Below, piece after piece: positions 16,895 through 26,497 of a stretch of DNA of 64,000 nucleotides (the stretch's first letter is position 1; every line of letters begins with the position of its first letter). The stretch is from an uncultured bacterium (GTDB lineage: Bacteria; Actinomycetota; Coriobacteriia; Coriobacteriales; Eggerthellaceae), in assembly GCA_905215325.1 (NCBI GenBank), contig CAJMPP010000005.1, forward strand, positions 11,454 through 75,453. The letters run 5' to 3'. Under the pieces are notes generated by a model. The model was not told the origin of the DNA, made no database searches, and saw only the letters and a program-made list of their open reading frames with translations. A program made the position numbers and the translations under genes.

Positions 16895-17889
16895 CGCGTC
16901 GCTCGGTGCAGGATGCACTCGGCCGCTATGCTGACGGCTATCTCCTCGGGCGTTTCGGCCTTGATGTCCAACCCTATGGGCATGTGCACAGCATCAAGCG
17001 CCGACCCGGGAATCCCCGCCTCCAGCATGCGCTCGCGCGCTGTGGCGACCTTGCGTCGCGAGCCCATGAACCCCACATATGCCAACGGCTGGCGGAGCAC
17101 CTGCTCCAGCACGGCGAAATCGTGCTGATGGCTATGCGTCATGATGAGGACGTAATCGCGCTCATCAAGGGTCAGGGAAGCGGCGATATCGTTGTAGTCC
17201 CCCACGACCGTCTGCTGCGCGCCGTGAGCTTTGCCGGCGTTCGCGAACTCCGGCCTACAGTCGAACTGCGTGCAGGAAAACCCCACGCGCGACAGAGCCG
17301 AAACGGTGGCGCTGCCCACATGCCCGCCGCCGAACACCACGGCTCGAACCGGCAAGGGAACGGGCAGCATAAGCCAACCGTCCGCGATGCAGCGCCCCTT
17401 CTGGCCGCAAACCCGATCGCCCGGCGCGGAGCCGTCGCCTGCGAGCAAAACCCCATCGGCGTCGAGCAACGCGATGCCTTCGCCGGATTGCGGCAGGCCA
17501 TCGCAGCAGCTTAACGCCAGATACGCCGGCGTACGCTGCTCGAAGCAGCGCAACAGCTCGCTGGCAACCTTGGCCCACACGGCGCTACCGCCGCATATCG
17601 GAACATACAGCAAGCTTGCGCTTCCGCCGCAAACCATGCCCAGGCGCTCCTCAAGGCCCATGCTCTCGAAACGGTGCGCCTTGCCTCCCAGCAGACGACG
17701 CGCGCAGGCTATACCATGCGCCTCAAGGGCGCCGCCGCCGATGGTGCCGCGTGCCAGCCCGTCAGCGGACACCAGCATGAGCGTTCCCGCCTTGCGCGGC
17801 GTGGAGTCCTTGCTTTCCGCCACCGCGACCAACACCAACGGCTCGCCCGCACGGCACGCACCTGCGATATGCTCTGCGATCTTGCGCAT
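16891..17889 (-). CDS. xdhC: XdhC/CoxI-family molybdenum hydroxylase maturation protein
   Basis: 332 aa. An XdhC_CoxI N-domain (LVLVAVAESKDSTPRKAGTLMLV...GTIGGGALE) is followed by a Rossmann-like C-domain (VVFGGGHVG). Confidence 0.85.
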   Translation of the reverse strand: MRKIAEHIAGACRAGEPLVLVAVAESKDSTPRKAGTLMLVSADGLARGTIGGGALEAHGIACARRLLGGKAHRFESMGLEERLGMVCGGSASLLYVPICGGSAVWAKVASELLRCFEQRTPAYLALSCCDGLPQSGEGIALLDADGVLLAGDGSAPGDRVCGQKGRCIADGWLMLPVPLPVRAVVFGGGHVGSATVSALSRVGFSCTQFDCRPEFANAGKAHGAQQTVVGDYNDIAASLTLDERDYVLIMTHSHQHDFAVLEQVLRQPLAYVGFMGSRRKVATARERMLEAGIPGSALDAVHMPIGLDIKAETPEEIAVSIAAECILHRATR

Positions 17890-17905
17890 CTTCCCACCTC
17901 ACGCC

Positions 17906-18706
17906 CTATCGGGTCGAAAACGTTCCACCAACATGAAGGATGGCCTCAAGCACGCCGCCCGCGACCGCCAGGCCTTTGTCCGAGACCAGACTGCAATAGC
18001 CGCTCTGGCCGCGTGGGTCCACATCGCCGCACTTCAAGCCCTGGTGAACCTGCACCCCATCGGCTATCAGGCCGCGCAAAACGCCGGTGAGCGTGGCAAC
18101 CACGGGGGCATTCCCCGCATACGCCACAACCTGACCTTCCTCAACGTGGTCGCCTATGGTCGCCACGCCGCGGAATCCGCCATCGCACGGGGCGCGCAGC
18201 ACGCGCTCGCCGGCGAAGCCGCCCACCAAACCAGGCACCGCGGTGTTCGGCAACGCCGACCCCTCGTAATACGCTCGGCCCAGGGTATGCCCGCGCATGG
18301 TCTCCACCACGGCATGGCAATCCACGCCTGCGGTGAATCCCGGGCCGACCCCGACGACGATGGGCGCCATATCCATGGTAGTGCCCAGGTTGCGCTTGGC
18401 CAGCACGGCATCGACCACCGCGTCGGGCGCCACGTCCTTGACGCATGCGCACACGGGGTCCACCAAAACAGGGACGACGCCTTCGCCGGAAAGCAGATCC
18501 AAGGCATGGAACGCATCACGGGCACGCACGGCCGTCACGCCTTCCACCTGGGCTTTCCCCATACGAACGGCTTCGCTGAAGGCAACGGTGCGACGGACCG
18601 TCAAAGGCTGCTCTATCTCGGTCATAAGCACGGAAGCGCCGCATCGCACAAGGCGCAGCGCGATAGCGCTGGCGATATCGCCGGCGCCGCGGATCACCGC
18701 AAGCAT
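17906..18706 (-). CDS. yqeB: YqeB-family selenium-dependent molybdenum hydroxylase system protein
   Basis: The track ORF is 17906-18754 with a GTG start. The preferred start is ATG 18706 (MLAVIRGAGDIASAIALRL...). The full length looks like the EF2563/YqeB family. Gene context is XdhC, YqeC and XDH subunits. Confidence 0.75.
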   Translation of the reverse strand: MLAVIRGAGDIASAIALRLVRCGASVLMTEIEQPLTVRRTVAFSEAVRMGKAQVEGVTAVRARDAFHALDLLSGEGVVPVLVDPVCACVKDVAPDAVVDAVLAKRNLGTTMDMAPIVVGVGPGFTAGVDCHAVVETMRGHTLGRAYYEGSALPNTAVPGLVGGFAGERVLRAPCDGGFRGVATIGDHVEEGQVVAYAGNAPVVATLTGVLRGLIADGVQVHQGLKCGDVDPRGQSGYCSLVSDKGLAVAGGVLEAILHVGGTFSTR

Positions 18707-19353
18707 CGAAGATCGTCCCTCCAAAGGCTTCCCGCCACCACCGGCGTATCGCACAGCGCCGCGATGCGCCGCGCCGCCTGCCAGTCGGCGGCAGTCTCCA
18801 CCTTGTTGATCAAAACCACGTCATGAAGCGCCTCGGCGCACAGCACCGCCGCCACCGCCTCGGGCGTGACCGCATCGTCGACGGAAACGCCGGCCAGCTG
18901 CGCGAATCGCTGCGGACGATGGCACGTCTGCGAAACGGGGGCGCCTAAGCCGTCGACCCCGACCACACACACCGTCCGCCCTGCGCACGCGGGGATGACC
19001 GGCTCGTGCTCGGCATGCGCCTTCAGCGGGAGCGTTTTCGCCCCGTCCGCCTCCACCAGCACATAGTCCGCCGAACATACCAGGTCGGAAAACGCCGCCT
19101 GCGGCTCGGCCAACTTCCCCGTGGGCGGATGGATGGAGCCCACGCACACGATGGAGGCTTCGGAAAGCGACATCCGCACGTCATCGAGCGACGCGCCCAG
19201 CACCACGGGGCACCAGTCGGGCACGTGCATCTTCGTGCTGGTGGCCACGATCACGCGCGCATCGCGCGACAGCTCCTCGGCCAAGGCGCGCAAAAGCGTG
19301 GACTTGCCGCCGCCGCCGATGATGGCCGTAAGCCCACGCTGGATATGTAGCAA
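18694..19353 (-). CDS. yqeC: YqeC-family putative selenium-dependent hydroxylase accessory protein
   Basis: 219 aa with a TTG start. P-loop-like IIGGGGKSTLL, then EADGAK. Lies between the Mo subunit and yqeB and overlaps yqeB by 13 nt. Confidence 0.75.
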   Translation of the reverse strand: MLHIQRGLTAIIGGGGKSTLLRALAEELSRDARVIVATSTKMHVPDWCPVVLGASLDDVRMSLSEASIVCVGSIHPPTGKLAEPQAAFSDLVCSADYVLVEADGAKTLPLKAHAEHEPVIPACAGRTVCVVGVDGLGAPVSQTCHRPQRFAQLAGVSVDDAVTPEAVAAVLCAEALHDVVLINKVETAADWQAARRIAALCDTPVVAGSLWRDDLRCLR

Positions 19354-19358
19354 GCCGC

Positions 19359-21659
19359 TTAGAATGCCTGCTCCTCAGGTTTCGCCAGCAAAATGTGCTC
19401 TGGAAGGATGGGCAGCTCGCGATGCCACACGCCCGTTGCCCGATAGATGGCCTGCGCCAACGCCGGAGCCGGCGTGTTGATGACGATCTCGCCGATGGAC
19501 TTCGCGCCGAACGGGCCCGTGGGCTCGTAGGAATGCTCGAACTCCACGTTGATGCGGCCCGTGTCCAGACGGGTGGGCAACCGGTACGTGAACAGGCTCG
19601 ATTCGCGAATGGCGCCCTTGGACGTGCGCGTGACGTCCTCCATGAGCGTATGCCCGATGCCCTGCACGATGCCGCCTTCCACTTGGATGCGCGCGAGCGC
19701 CGGGTTGATGGGGATGCCGCAATCGACCACGGCGGCGTAGTCGAGCACCTCCACCACACCGGTCTCGCGGTCGAGCTCGATCTCGACCATGCCCACCATG
19801 AACGGCGGCGGGGACACCGGCGAGGAATGCTGGGCGGTGGCCTCCGCGGCAAAACGGCAGTTGCACTGGCTTTTCGCGGCGATCTCGGACAGCGGGACCG
19901 TGCGTCCCGTGGCCTCGTGGCGAACGCATCCGCCCTCAAAGCGCAGCTCGGCCGCATCGCAGCCGAGCACCTCGGCGGCGATGGCGCACAGGCGCTCCTT
20001 GAGCTGCGCGCACGCCTTCTCCACGGCCATGCCGGTGACGTAGGTGGTGGAGGATGCGTACGAACCCGAATCGTAGGGGGACGCGTCGGTGTCGGCGCCG
20101 AACACGCTCACGGCCTCCACGGGGCATTCCATATGCTCGGCGACCATCTGGGCCAGGATGGTGTCGCAACCCGTGCCCATGTCGGCCGCGGCGATGAGCA
20201 GCATGTATCCCCCGTCGTCGTTGAGCTTGACGGTGACCGAGCCCACGTCGATGCCGGAGATGCCCGAACCCTGCATGGACATGGCAACGCCGGCGGCGCG
20301 CACCTTGCCGTTGCCCATGTCGCGTACGGGGAACTTATCCTTCCACCCGAACATGTCGCTGCAATGCTGCATGCAGCGGTCCAGGGCGCAGGCGTTGGCC
20401 ACCTCGCCGAAGTAGGCGGGCATCGCCATGCCCTCGCGCACCATGTTCTGCTCGCGCAGCTCCACCGGGTCGCGACCCAGCTTCGCCGCCAGCTCGTTGA
20501 CGGCGCTCTCCACGGCGAACTGGCCCTGCGTGGCGCCGAAACCGCGGTACGCGCCCGACGGCTGCATGTTCGTGTACACCACGTTCGCGTCGAACTTGAA
20601 CGCCTCGAGCGAGCCGGTGTAGAGCGGGATGGACTTGTGGCCGGTCAGACCGACCGTGGCCCAACCGTGCTCGCCATAGGCGCCCGAGTTCGAAAGCGTG
20701 GTCACCTGAAGCGCGCGGATGCGGCCGTCGTCGTTGGCGCCCAGGCGGACCTTGACCTCCATCTCGTGGCGCGGCGACCCGCAGGTTTGCGATTCCTTGC
20801 GCGAGAACACGCACAGTGCCGGACGCCCCGTCTTCATGGTGACGAACGCGGGATACACCTCGCTTACCGCTGTCTGCTTCGCGCCGAAGCCGCCGCCGAT
20901 GCGCGGCTTCTCCACGCGGATGCGGCTTTTCGGGATGCCGAGCGCGTGCGATAGGATGCGGCGGACGTGATACACGATCTGCGTGGACGAGATCACGTGC
21001 AGCCTGCCGTAGCGGTCCAGCTGGGTGAACGTGCGGAACGTCTCCATCATGGCCTGGTTGTACGCCTTCGTATGATAGGTGCGCTCCAGCACCACGTCGC
21101 AATCGGCCAGCACCGCCTCGATGTCGCCGCCGGCATCGGAGGTGGTGCCCACCAGGTTGCGCGTGTTGTCGCCGCCCAGATCGCACAGCATATGCCAGTC
21201 GTCCTCGGGGTGCACCAGCACGGGGTTGTCCTTTGCGGTGCGGAAATCCAGGACAGGCTCCAGCACGTCGTACTCCACCTTGATGCGCGAAAGGGCCGTT
21301 TGCGCCGCCTTCTCGTTCTCGGCTGCCACGATGGCCACCACGTCGCCCACGAAACGCACGTGCCGATCGATGATCAGACGGTCGTAGGGGCTGGTTTCAG
21401 GGTAGGTCTGCCCGGCGTTGGAGAAGCGCTGGTCGGGCACGTCCTCCCAGGTGTACACGTCGACCACACCGGGCACCTTCTTCGCCTTGGACGTGTCGAT
21501 GGTCTTCACCATGGCGTTTGCGTGGGGGCTTCGCAGGAGCTTGACAACCAGCGCGTCGGGCGCGATGTCGGCGGTGTAGACGGGCTTTCCCAGCAGAAGC
21601 TGCAGCGAGTCCTTCTTGCGGACCGACTTGCCTACGGAGCGGTATTCGGGCTTATCCAC
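19359..21659 (-). CDS. Xanthine-dehydrogenase-family molybdopterin-binding (large) subunit
   Basis: The track ORF is 19359-21686. The preferred start is GTG 21659, with AAGGAGG 6 nt upstream; the GTG overlaps the 2Fe-2S stop (GTGGATAA). Motifs: IGGGFGAKQ, YRGFGATQG, FGAKSIGE. Confidence 0.9.
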   Translation of the reverse strand: MDKPEYRSVGKSVRKKDSLQLLLGKPVYTADIAPDALVVKLLRSPHANAMVKTIDTSKAKKVPGVVDVYTWEDVPDQRFSNAGQTYPETSPYDRLIIDRHVRFVGDVVAIVAAENEKAAQTALSRIKVEYDVLEPVLDFRTAKDNPVLVHPEDDWHMLCDLGGDNTRNLVGTTSDAGGDIEAVLADCDVVLERTYHTKAYNQAMMETFRTFTQLDRYGRLHVISSTQIVYHVRRILSHALGIPKSRIRVEKPRIGGGFGAKQTAVSEVYPAFVTMKTGRPALCVFSRKESQTCGSPRHEMEVKVRLGANDDGRIRALQVTTLSNSGAYGEHGWATVGLTGHKSIPLYTGSLEAFKFDANVVYTNMQPSGAYRGFGATQGQFAVESAVNELAAKLGRDPVELREQNMVREGMAMPAYFGEVANACALDRCMQHCSDMFGWKDKFPVRDMGNGKVRAAGVAMSMQGSGISGIDVGSVTVKLNDDGGYMLLIAAADMGTGCDTILAQMVAEHMECPVEAVSVFGADTDASPYDSGSYASSTTYVTGMAVEKACAQLKERLCAIAAEVLGCDAAELRFEGGCVRHEATGRTVPLSEIAAKSQCNCRFAAEATAQHSSPVSPPPFMVGMVEIELDRETGVVEVLDYAAVVDCGIPINPALARIQVEGGIVQGIGHTLMEDVTRTSKGAIRESSLFTYRLPTRLDTGRINVEFEHSYEPTGPFGAKSIGEIVINTPAPALAQAIYRATGVWHRELPILPEHILLAKPEEQAF

Positions 21660-22125
21660 GCTCGACCTCCTTGCCGTGCTTTTCATCCAGAAAGGCGCGG
21701 ATGCCGCGCAGCTGGCCCACGTAGCCCGAGCAACGGCACAGATTGCCGCTCAGGTACGCCAGGATCTCGTCGTCGGTGGGATCGGGGTTCTCGCGCAGCA
21801 GCGCGATGGTGTTCATCACGAAGCCGGGGTTGCAGAAACCGCACTGCTCCGCGCCCTGGTCGGCGATGAAGCCCACGAACTCCGACGCCTCGGCCTGCAG
21901 GCCTTCCAGCGTGCAGACGCTGCGGCCGTCGGCGCGGGCGGCCAACGTGGAGCAGGACAGCACGGGCACGTCGTCGAGCATCACCGTGCACAGGCCGCAC
22001 GCCGACGTCTCGCAGCCGCGCTTGACGCTTTTGCACCCGTGCGCGCGCACGAAATCGATGAGCAGCATGTCGGCGGGAATGTCGTCGACCACCGTTTTGC
22101 CGTTCAGCTTGATCTTGACTTCCAT
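21652..22125 (-). CDS. Xanthine-dehydrogenase-family [2Fe-2S] (small) subunit
   Basis: 157 aa. Motifs: CETSACGLCTV, CGFCNPG, CRCSGY. Confidence 0.9.
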   Translation of the reverse strand: MEVKIKLNGKTVVDDIPADMLLIDFVRAHGCKSVKRGCETSACGLCTVMLDDVPVLSCSTLAARADGRSVCTLEGLQAEASEFVGFIADQGAEQCGFCNPGFVMNTIALLRENPDPTDDEILAYLSGNLCRCSGYVGQLRGIRAFLDEKHGKEVERG

Positions 22126-22926
22126 CTAACGCACCTCCCCCAGCGCCAGCAAGGCGCGGCGCACGAGCACGGGCGCGAGCGCGCGGCGATACTCGGCGCT
22201 GCCCCACATGTTCCCGGAAACGCGGATGCTTCCCGCGGCATGCTCGGCGAACGCCGCGGCGCTTGCCTCGGTGATGCCGTCGGCAAGGATGCCCTGATCG
22301 TCGCGCAGAAGCACGGCGCGAGCCGGGCGAGCGCCCACCGTCACGCGGTATTCGTCGCCCAGCTTCGCCGCCATGCAGTTGAGCGTGGGAAGGTCGGTGC
22401 GCTGCTTGCGCACGGCCTGGTACGCGAACGCGCCGGGGCGCTTCTTGACGATGAGGTGCACGAGGATGTCCTTGTCGTAGGGCATGTTCACGAACCGTTC
22501 CAGGGGCACGATGCCGCCTTCGTGCAGCTCGACGTAGCTGTCCATGGCAAGAAACGCCGTGACGATGTCGGAGAAGCCCATGCGACGCCACAGGCTTCCG
22601 CCGAGCGTGGCGCCGTTACGGAACTGCACGCCCACGATGTCTTGAAACGCCGCCTTGATGGCGCCGCAGGAATAGGCGTCAAGGCCGGCATGGGTTTCCA
22701 TCTGGCGAAGGGTGACCATGGCGCCGATGCGGAACTCCTCGTCTGTCTCCTCTATGGCGTCCAAACCCAGATCGCACAGGTCGATGGCGGCGGCGAAGGA
22801 ATGGTTGCCCATCTTCAGCCACATCATGCCCGCCACCACGCGATTACGCTTCTTCTGGTTCAGCTCCCAAGCCTCTTGCAGGCTTTGCGGGCGAACGTAT
22901 TTCTGAAAGGTAATAATGATGCACAC
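22126..22926 (-). CDS. Xanthine-dehydrogenase-family FAD-binding (medium) subunit
   Basis: 266 aa. FAD_binding_5-like, with AGMMWLKMG and NGATLGGSL. Its stop abuts the start of the 2Fe-2S gene. Confidence 0.85.
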   Translation of the reverse strand: MCIIITFQKYVRPQSLQEAWELNQKKRNRVVAGMMWLKMGNHSFAAAIDLCDLGLDAIEETDEEFRIGAMVTLRQMETHAGLDAYSCGAIKAAFQDIVGVQFRNGATLGGSLWRRMGFSDIVTAFLAMDSYVELHEGGIVPLERFVNMPYDKDILVHLIVKKRPGAFAYQAVRKQRTDLPTLNCMAAKLGDEYRVTVGARPARAVLLRDDQGILADGITEASAAAFAEHAAGSIRVSGNMWGSAEYRRALAPVLVRRALLALGEVR

Positions 22927-23043
22927 CCCGTTGCTTGAGGTTTATAGAAACGTACATATTATACTGTGGCCAGGGAATCCTTCGAAAGCCCCGCACACCG
23001 AACCCGACCGACCGACCATCGAATCTGCAAAGGCGAACCGACC

Positions 23044-23685
23044 ATGACCAGCTCCGTTGAAACCCGGAATGCCGTGCACGGCTGCATCATCATGGCATCG
23101 GGCCTGGGCACGCGCTTCGGGTCGAACAAGCTTATGGCGGACCTTGACGGCGCGCCGCTTATCGCCCATGCGATCAGGGCCTGCGAGGGGCTGTTCGCGA
23201 AACGCGTAGCGGTCACGCGCCATGAGAACGTGGCGCAGCTGTGCAGCAGCCTGGGTGTGGAAGCCGTCCTGCACGATGAGCCACTCAGAAGCGACACCGT
23301 ACGATTGGGGATGCAAGCCATGAAAGGGTGCGTTACGGTCACGTTCATCCAGGCGGACCAGCCGCTCATCAGCGCGAACACCCTTGCCGCCCTGCTTCGC
23401 AGCGCCGAGGCGCACCCCGAGTTCATCTGGCGCATCGGCTTCCAGGGCACGCAAGGTGCGCCGGTGCTGTTCCCTGCCTGGGCGTTCGATGGGCTGCGCG
23501 CGCTCCCGCCCGGCAAGGGCGGCGGGTTCGTGGCCAAAACCCATGCGCAGCGCGTGCGCTGCGTGGAAGCCGCCAACGAATGGGAGCTGTTCGACGTGGA
23601 CACCGTGCAGGACCTGAAGGTGCTGCAGGCGCATATCGAGCAATGTCGAAAAGCCTCCGCAAGCAACCGCGGCTCGTTCGGCTAG
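23044..23685 (+). CDS. MobA/MocA-like nucleotidyltransferase (molybdenum cofactor cytidylyl/guanylyl-transferase type)
   Basis: The track ORF is 22966-23685 with a GTG start. ATG 23044 is preferred. Motifs: ASGLGTRFGSNKL and DQPLIS. Divergent from the XDH operon. Confidence 0.7.
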   Translation: MTSSVETRNAVHGCIIMASGLGTRFGSNKLMADLDGAPLIAHAIRACEGLFAKRVAVTRHENVAQLCSSLGVEAVLHDEPLRSDTVRLGMQAMKGCVTVTFIQADQPLISANTLAALLRSAEAHPEFIWRIGFQGTQGAPVLFPAWAFDGLRALPPGKGGGFVAKTHAQRVRCVEAANEWELFDVDTVQDLKVLQAHIEQCRKASASNRGSFG

Positions 23686-23843
23686 CGGAACGAGCCGTCG
23701 AGCTGGCAGCGCGCAGCCAGCGAAGCCCGCAAAGCGGCGCGTCGTCGCAGGGCAAGCCATCGGACAGGCCGACACGTCACCAGCAAAGCCGCACACCGTC
23801 GCAGAGCAGGCTTGCGCTGCCGCAAAAGTCCCTGAAAGCCCGA

Positions 23844-23878
23844 AATGCCCGGCAGGTCACGCAGACCTACCGGGCATT
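23844..23878. terminator. Hairpin between the convergent mocA-like and permease genes
   Basis: AATGCCCGG-N17-CCGGGCATT. On the minus strand it is followed by TCGGGCTTTC. Confidence 0.45.
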
Positions 23879-23903
23879 CTCGTCATATATGCGTCGCGAA
23901 AGG

Positions 23904-25391
23904 CTATACGTCTGCGCCGCCTTGGGGCGTTTCCTTATCCTTGGGAAGCACGATGTTCAAGATGATGGCCACAGCCGCCGCGGCAACGATGCCGGAGCCG
24001 CCGAAGATCAGGCTGACCATCTGGGGAGCGCCTGCCAGGACGGCCGGGTTGGCGCCGATGCCGTAACCCAGGCCCAAAGCCACCGACACGATGCTCAGGT
24101 TGCGCGGGGTCAAAGGCTCGCGCGTGATCAGCTGGATGCCGCTGACCACGATGGAGGCGAACATGATAACGGCCGCGCCGCCCAAGACGGACTGCGGCAT
24201 GATGGAGACCACCGCACCCAGCTTCGGGCACAAACCGCACAAGATCAAAAACACCGCGCCGCAGGCCAGGGCCTTGCGGTTGACCATCTTCGTCATGGTG
24301 ACCAAGCCGACGTTTTGGCTGAACGAGGTGTTCGGCAGCACGCCGAACAGGGCCGCTGCGGTGGAACCCACGCCGTCGCAGATCACGCCGCCGGAAAGCT
24401 CCTTGTCGGTGGCCTCGCGGTTCATGCCGCCCTGCGTGACGCCGGAGATGTCGCCGACGGTCTCGACGGCGGTGACCACGAACATCACGAGCACGGGTGC
24501 GATGGCGCGCATGTCGAACACGGGCGCCACGGGCAGTAGGTTGGGCACGGCGAACCACGCCGCCGCGGCAACCTTATCCCAGTTCAAAACCCACGCCTTC
24601 GTATATTCGACGCCGTTCGCGTCGATGCCGGTGGTGGGCAGGACCATGCCCATGATGCCCGCCACGATATAGCCGACGATGATGCCGACCAAAATGGAGG
24701 ATGCGCTCAAAAACCCGGTGGTCGCGTGCTTGACCGCCAAAATGACCACCAGCACGATAAGCGCCAGGCACAGATTCTCGAACGAGCCGAAATCCTTGGC
24801 ACTGCTGCCGCCGCCGAAGGTGTTCACGCCGACGCTGATAAGGCTCAAGCCGATGGAGAGCACCACCGTGCCCGTGACCACTGCCGGGAAGAACCGACGC
24901 AGCGGCTTGAGGAAAAAGCCCAACACGGCCTCGAACAGGCCGCCGATGATGGAAGCGCCCATGATGGCGCCATAGGCCAACAGGCCGCCGCCCATGGATG
25001 CCGCCACAGAGTTGAACACGCCAATGAAGCCCGAGGACGTGCCCATGATGATGGGCACCCTGCCGCCGACGGGGCCGATGCCGAACAGCTGGACCAAGGT
25101 GACCACGCCCGCGATCCACATGGCGTTTTGCAGCAGCGAAAGCTGCACGTCCGCGAACTCCGCGCCCGCCAGGCCGCACGCGCCCGTGACGATCAAAAGC
25201 GGCGTCAGGTTGCCTACGAACATCGCCAGCACATGCTGCAGACCCAGTGGAATGGCCTGCGCCAGCGACATGTCGCCTTCAAACGAGAAAACGCCAAGCG
25301 ACCTTGCGTTACCGGAGGTTTCCTCCGAACCAGCGGCCGAGCCGGCCTTCTCCTGAACCTGCTCTACCGCCTCCGGCTTCTCATCTACCAT
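23904..25391 (-). CDS. NCS2-family nucleobase (uracil/xanthine/uric-acid type) permease
   Basis: The 797-aa track ORF reads through into an out-of-frame overlap with ddh. The real start is ATG 25391 (MVDEKPEAV...), with AGAAGGGGG upstream. NCS2 hallmarks: TSFSQNVGLV, GIGPVGG, about 13 TM. Confidence 0.9.
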   Translation of the reverse strand: MVDEKPEAVEQVQEKAGSAAGSEETSGNARSLGVFSFEGDMSLAQAIPLGLQHVLAMFVGNLTPLLIVTGACGLAGAEFADVQLSLLQNAMWIAGVVTLVQLFGIGPVGGRVPIIMGTSSGFIGVFNSVAASMGGGLLAYGAIMGASIIGGLFEAVLGFFLKPLRRFFPAVVTGTVVLSIGLSLISVGVNTFGGGSSAKDFGSFENLCLALIVLVVILAVKHATTGFLSASSILVGIIVGYIVAGIMGMVLPTTGIDANGVEYTKAWVLNWDKVAAAAWFAVPNLLPVAPVFDMRAIAPVLVMFVVTAVETVGDISGVTQGGMNREATDKELSGGVICDGVGSTAAALFGVLPNTSFSQNVGLVTMTKMVNRKALACGAVFLILCGLCPKLGAVVSIMPQSVLGGAAVIMFASIVVSGIQLITREPLTPRNLSIVSVALGLGYGIGANPAVLAGAPQMVSLIFGGSGIVAAAAVAIILNIVLPKDKETPQGGADV

Positions 25392-25519
25392 GCACATCCC
25401 CCTTCTAAAGGACGGAAACTTCAAAAAAATAGCACCTTGGCGCATCTTTTTGAAGAAGGCATGGAGTAATTTACACGTACGTGACATTCTCGGGCGCGCC
25501 CCTTCGCCCCGCGCCGCCC

Positions 25520-26497
25520 TTACAGCATATGGGCGCGAAGCTCCTCGCCGCTTACGGGCGAGAGGTAGGCGGGCGCGATGTCGAACACGGTCTTGCAGCC
25601 GGTTGCACCCTCGGCCGCCAGGCGTGCGACGGCACGGGCGTAGGCCACCAGCACGCATGAGGTGAACTCGGGGTTGGAGCCCAGGTCGAGCGAGTACTCG
25701 ATACGGCAATCGTTGCCGCCCGCCGTGGTGCCCGTGCGGATGACGAAGCCGCCGTGCGGCAGCCCCACGTGGTCGCGATCGAGCTCTTCCTGGCTGATGA
25801 AGTTCACCGTGACGTCGTACTCGTCGAAGTAGTTCGGCATCTCGACGATCTGCTTCTCCACCGCCTGGGCATCGGCGCCCTCCTCGAGCACCACCCAGCA
25901 CTCGCGCGTGTGCTTCTGACGCGTGGTCAGCTGCGGGTTGCCGCCGGCGCGCACCGCATCGAGCGCGGCGGGCACAGGGATGGTGTACTGGCGCGCATCG
26001 GCTACGCCAGGGATGCGGCGCAGCGCGTCGGAGTGCCCCTGGGACACGCCGCGGCCCCAGAACGTGTAGTCCGCGCCCTGCGGCAGGATGCAGTTGGCGT
26101 ACAGGCGGTTCAGCGAGAACAGGCCCGGGTCCCAGCCGCAGGAGATGAGCGCGCACGTGCCGGCCTCGCAGGCCGCCGCGTCGACGTTCGCGAAGTGCGC
26201 GGGGATGTTGGCATGCGTGTCGAACGAGTCCACCACGTTGTACAGCGCCGCGTACCTCGGGGTCTGCTCGGGCAGGTCGGTGGCGCTGCCGCCGCACAGG
26301 ATGAGCACGTCGATGTCCTCGTTGCCGGTTTCCAGGTCGGCCACAGAGCGAACGGGCACGCCCTCGGTGGCGATGCTCACGCTTGCGGGGTCGCGGCGCG
26401 TGTACACCGCCGCAAGCTCCATGTCGTCGTTCTGGCGAATGGCCAGCTCAACGCCACGTCCTAGGTTTCCGTATCCCAAAATGCCGATGCGAGTCAT
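25520..26497 (-). CDS. ddh: meso-Diaminopimelate D-dehydrogenase
   Basis: 325 aa. Motifs: MTRIGILGYGNLGRG, CGWDPGLFS, GVSQGHSDA, collinear with Corynebacterium-type Ddh. Confidence 0.85.
   Translation of the reverse strand: MTRIGILGYGNLGRGVELAIRQNDDMELAAVYTRRDPASVSIATEGVPVRSVADLETGNEDIDVLILCGGSATDLPEQTPRYAALYNVVDSFDTHANIPAHFANVDAAACEAGTCALISCGWDPGLFSLNRLYANCILPQGADYTFWGRGVSQGHSDALRRIPGVADARQYTIPVPAALDAVRAGGNPQLTTRQKHTRECWVVLEEGADAQAVEKQIVEMPNYFDEYDVTVNFISQEELDRDHVGLPHGGFVIRTGTTAGGNDCRIEYSLDLGSNPEFTSCVLVAYARAVARLAAEGATGCKTVFDIAPAYLSPVSGEELRAHML

Noticed and set aside
16891-22926. Selenocysteine recoding (in-frame TGA plus SECIS) in the Mo hydroxylase locus or the Mo-oxidoreductase
   Set aside because: All six genes, and the partial oxidoreductase, are continuous ORFs with no in-frame TGA. 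The selenium link is only via the YqeB/YqeC marker families.
23904-26297. 797-aa ORF suggesting a giant permease fusion
   Set aside because: Only the C-terminal 495 aa are NCS2 permease, from ATG 25391, which has a strong RBS. The N-terminal extension is an out-of-frame read across ddh and the spacer.
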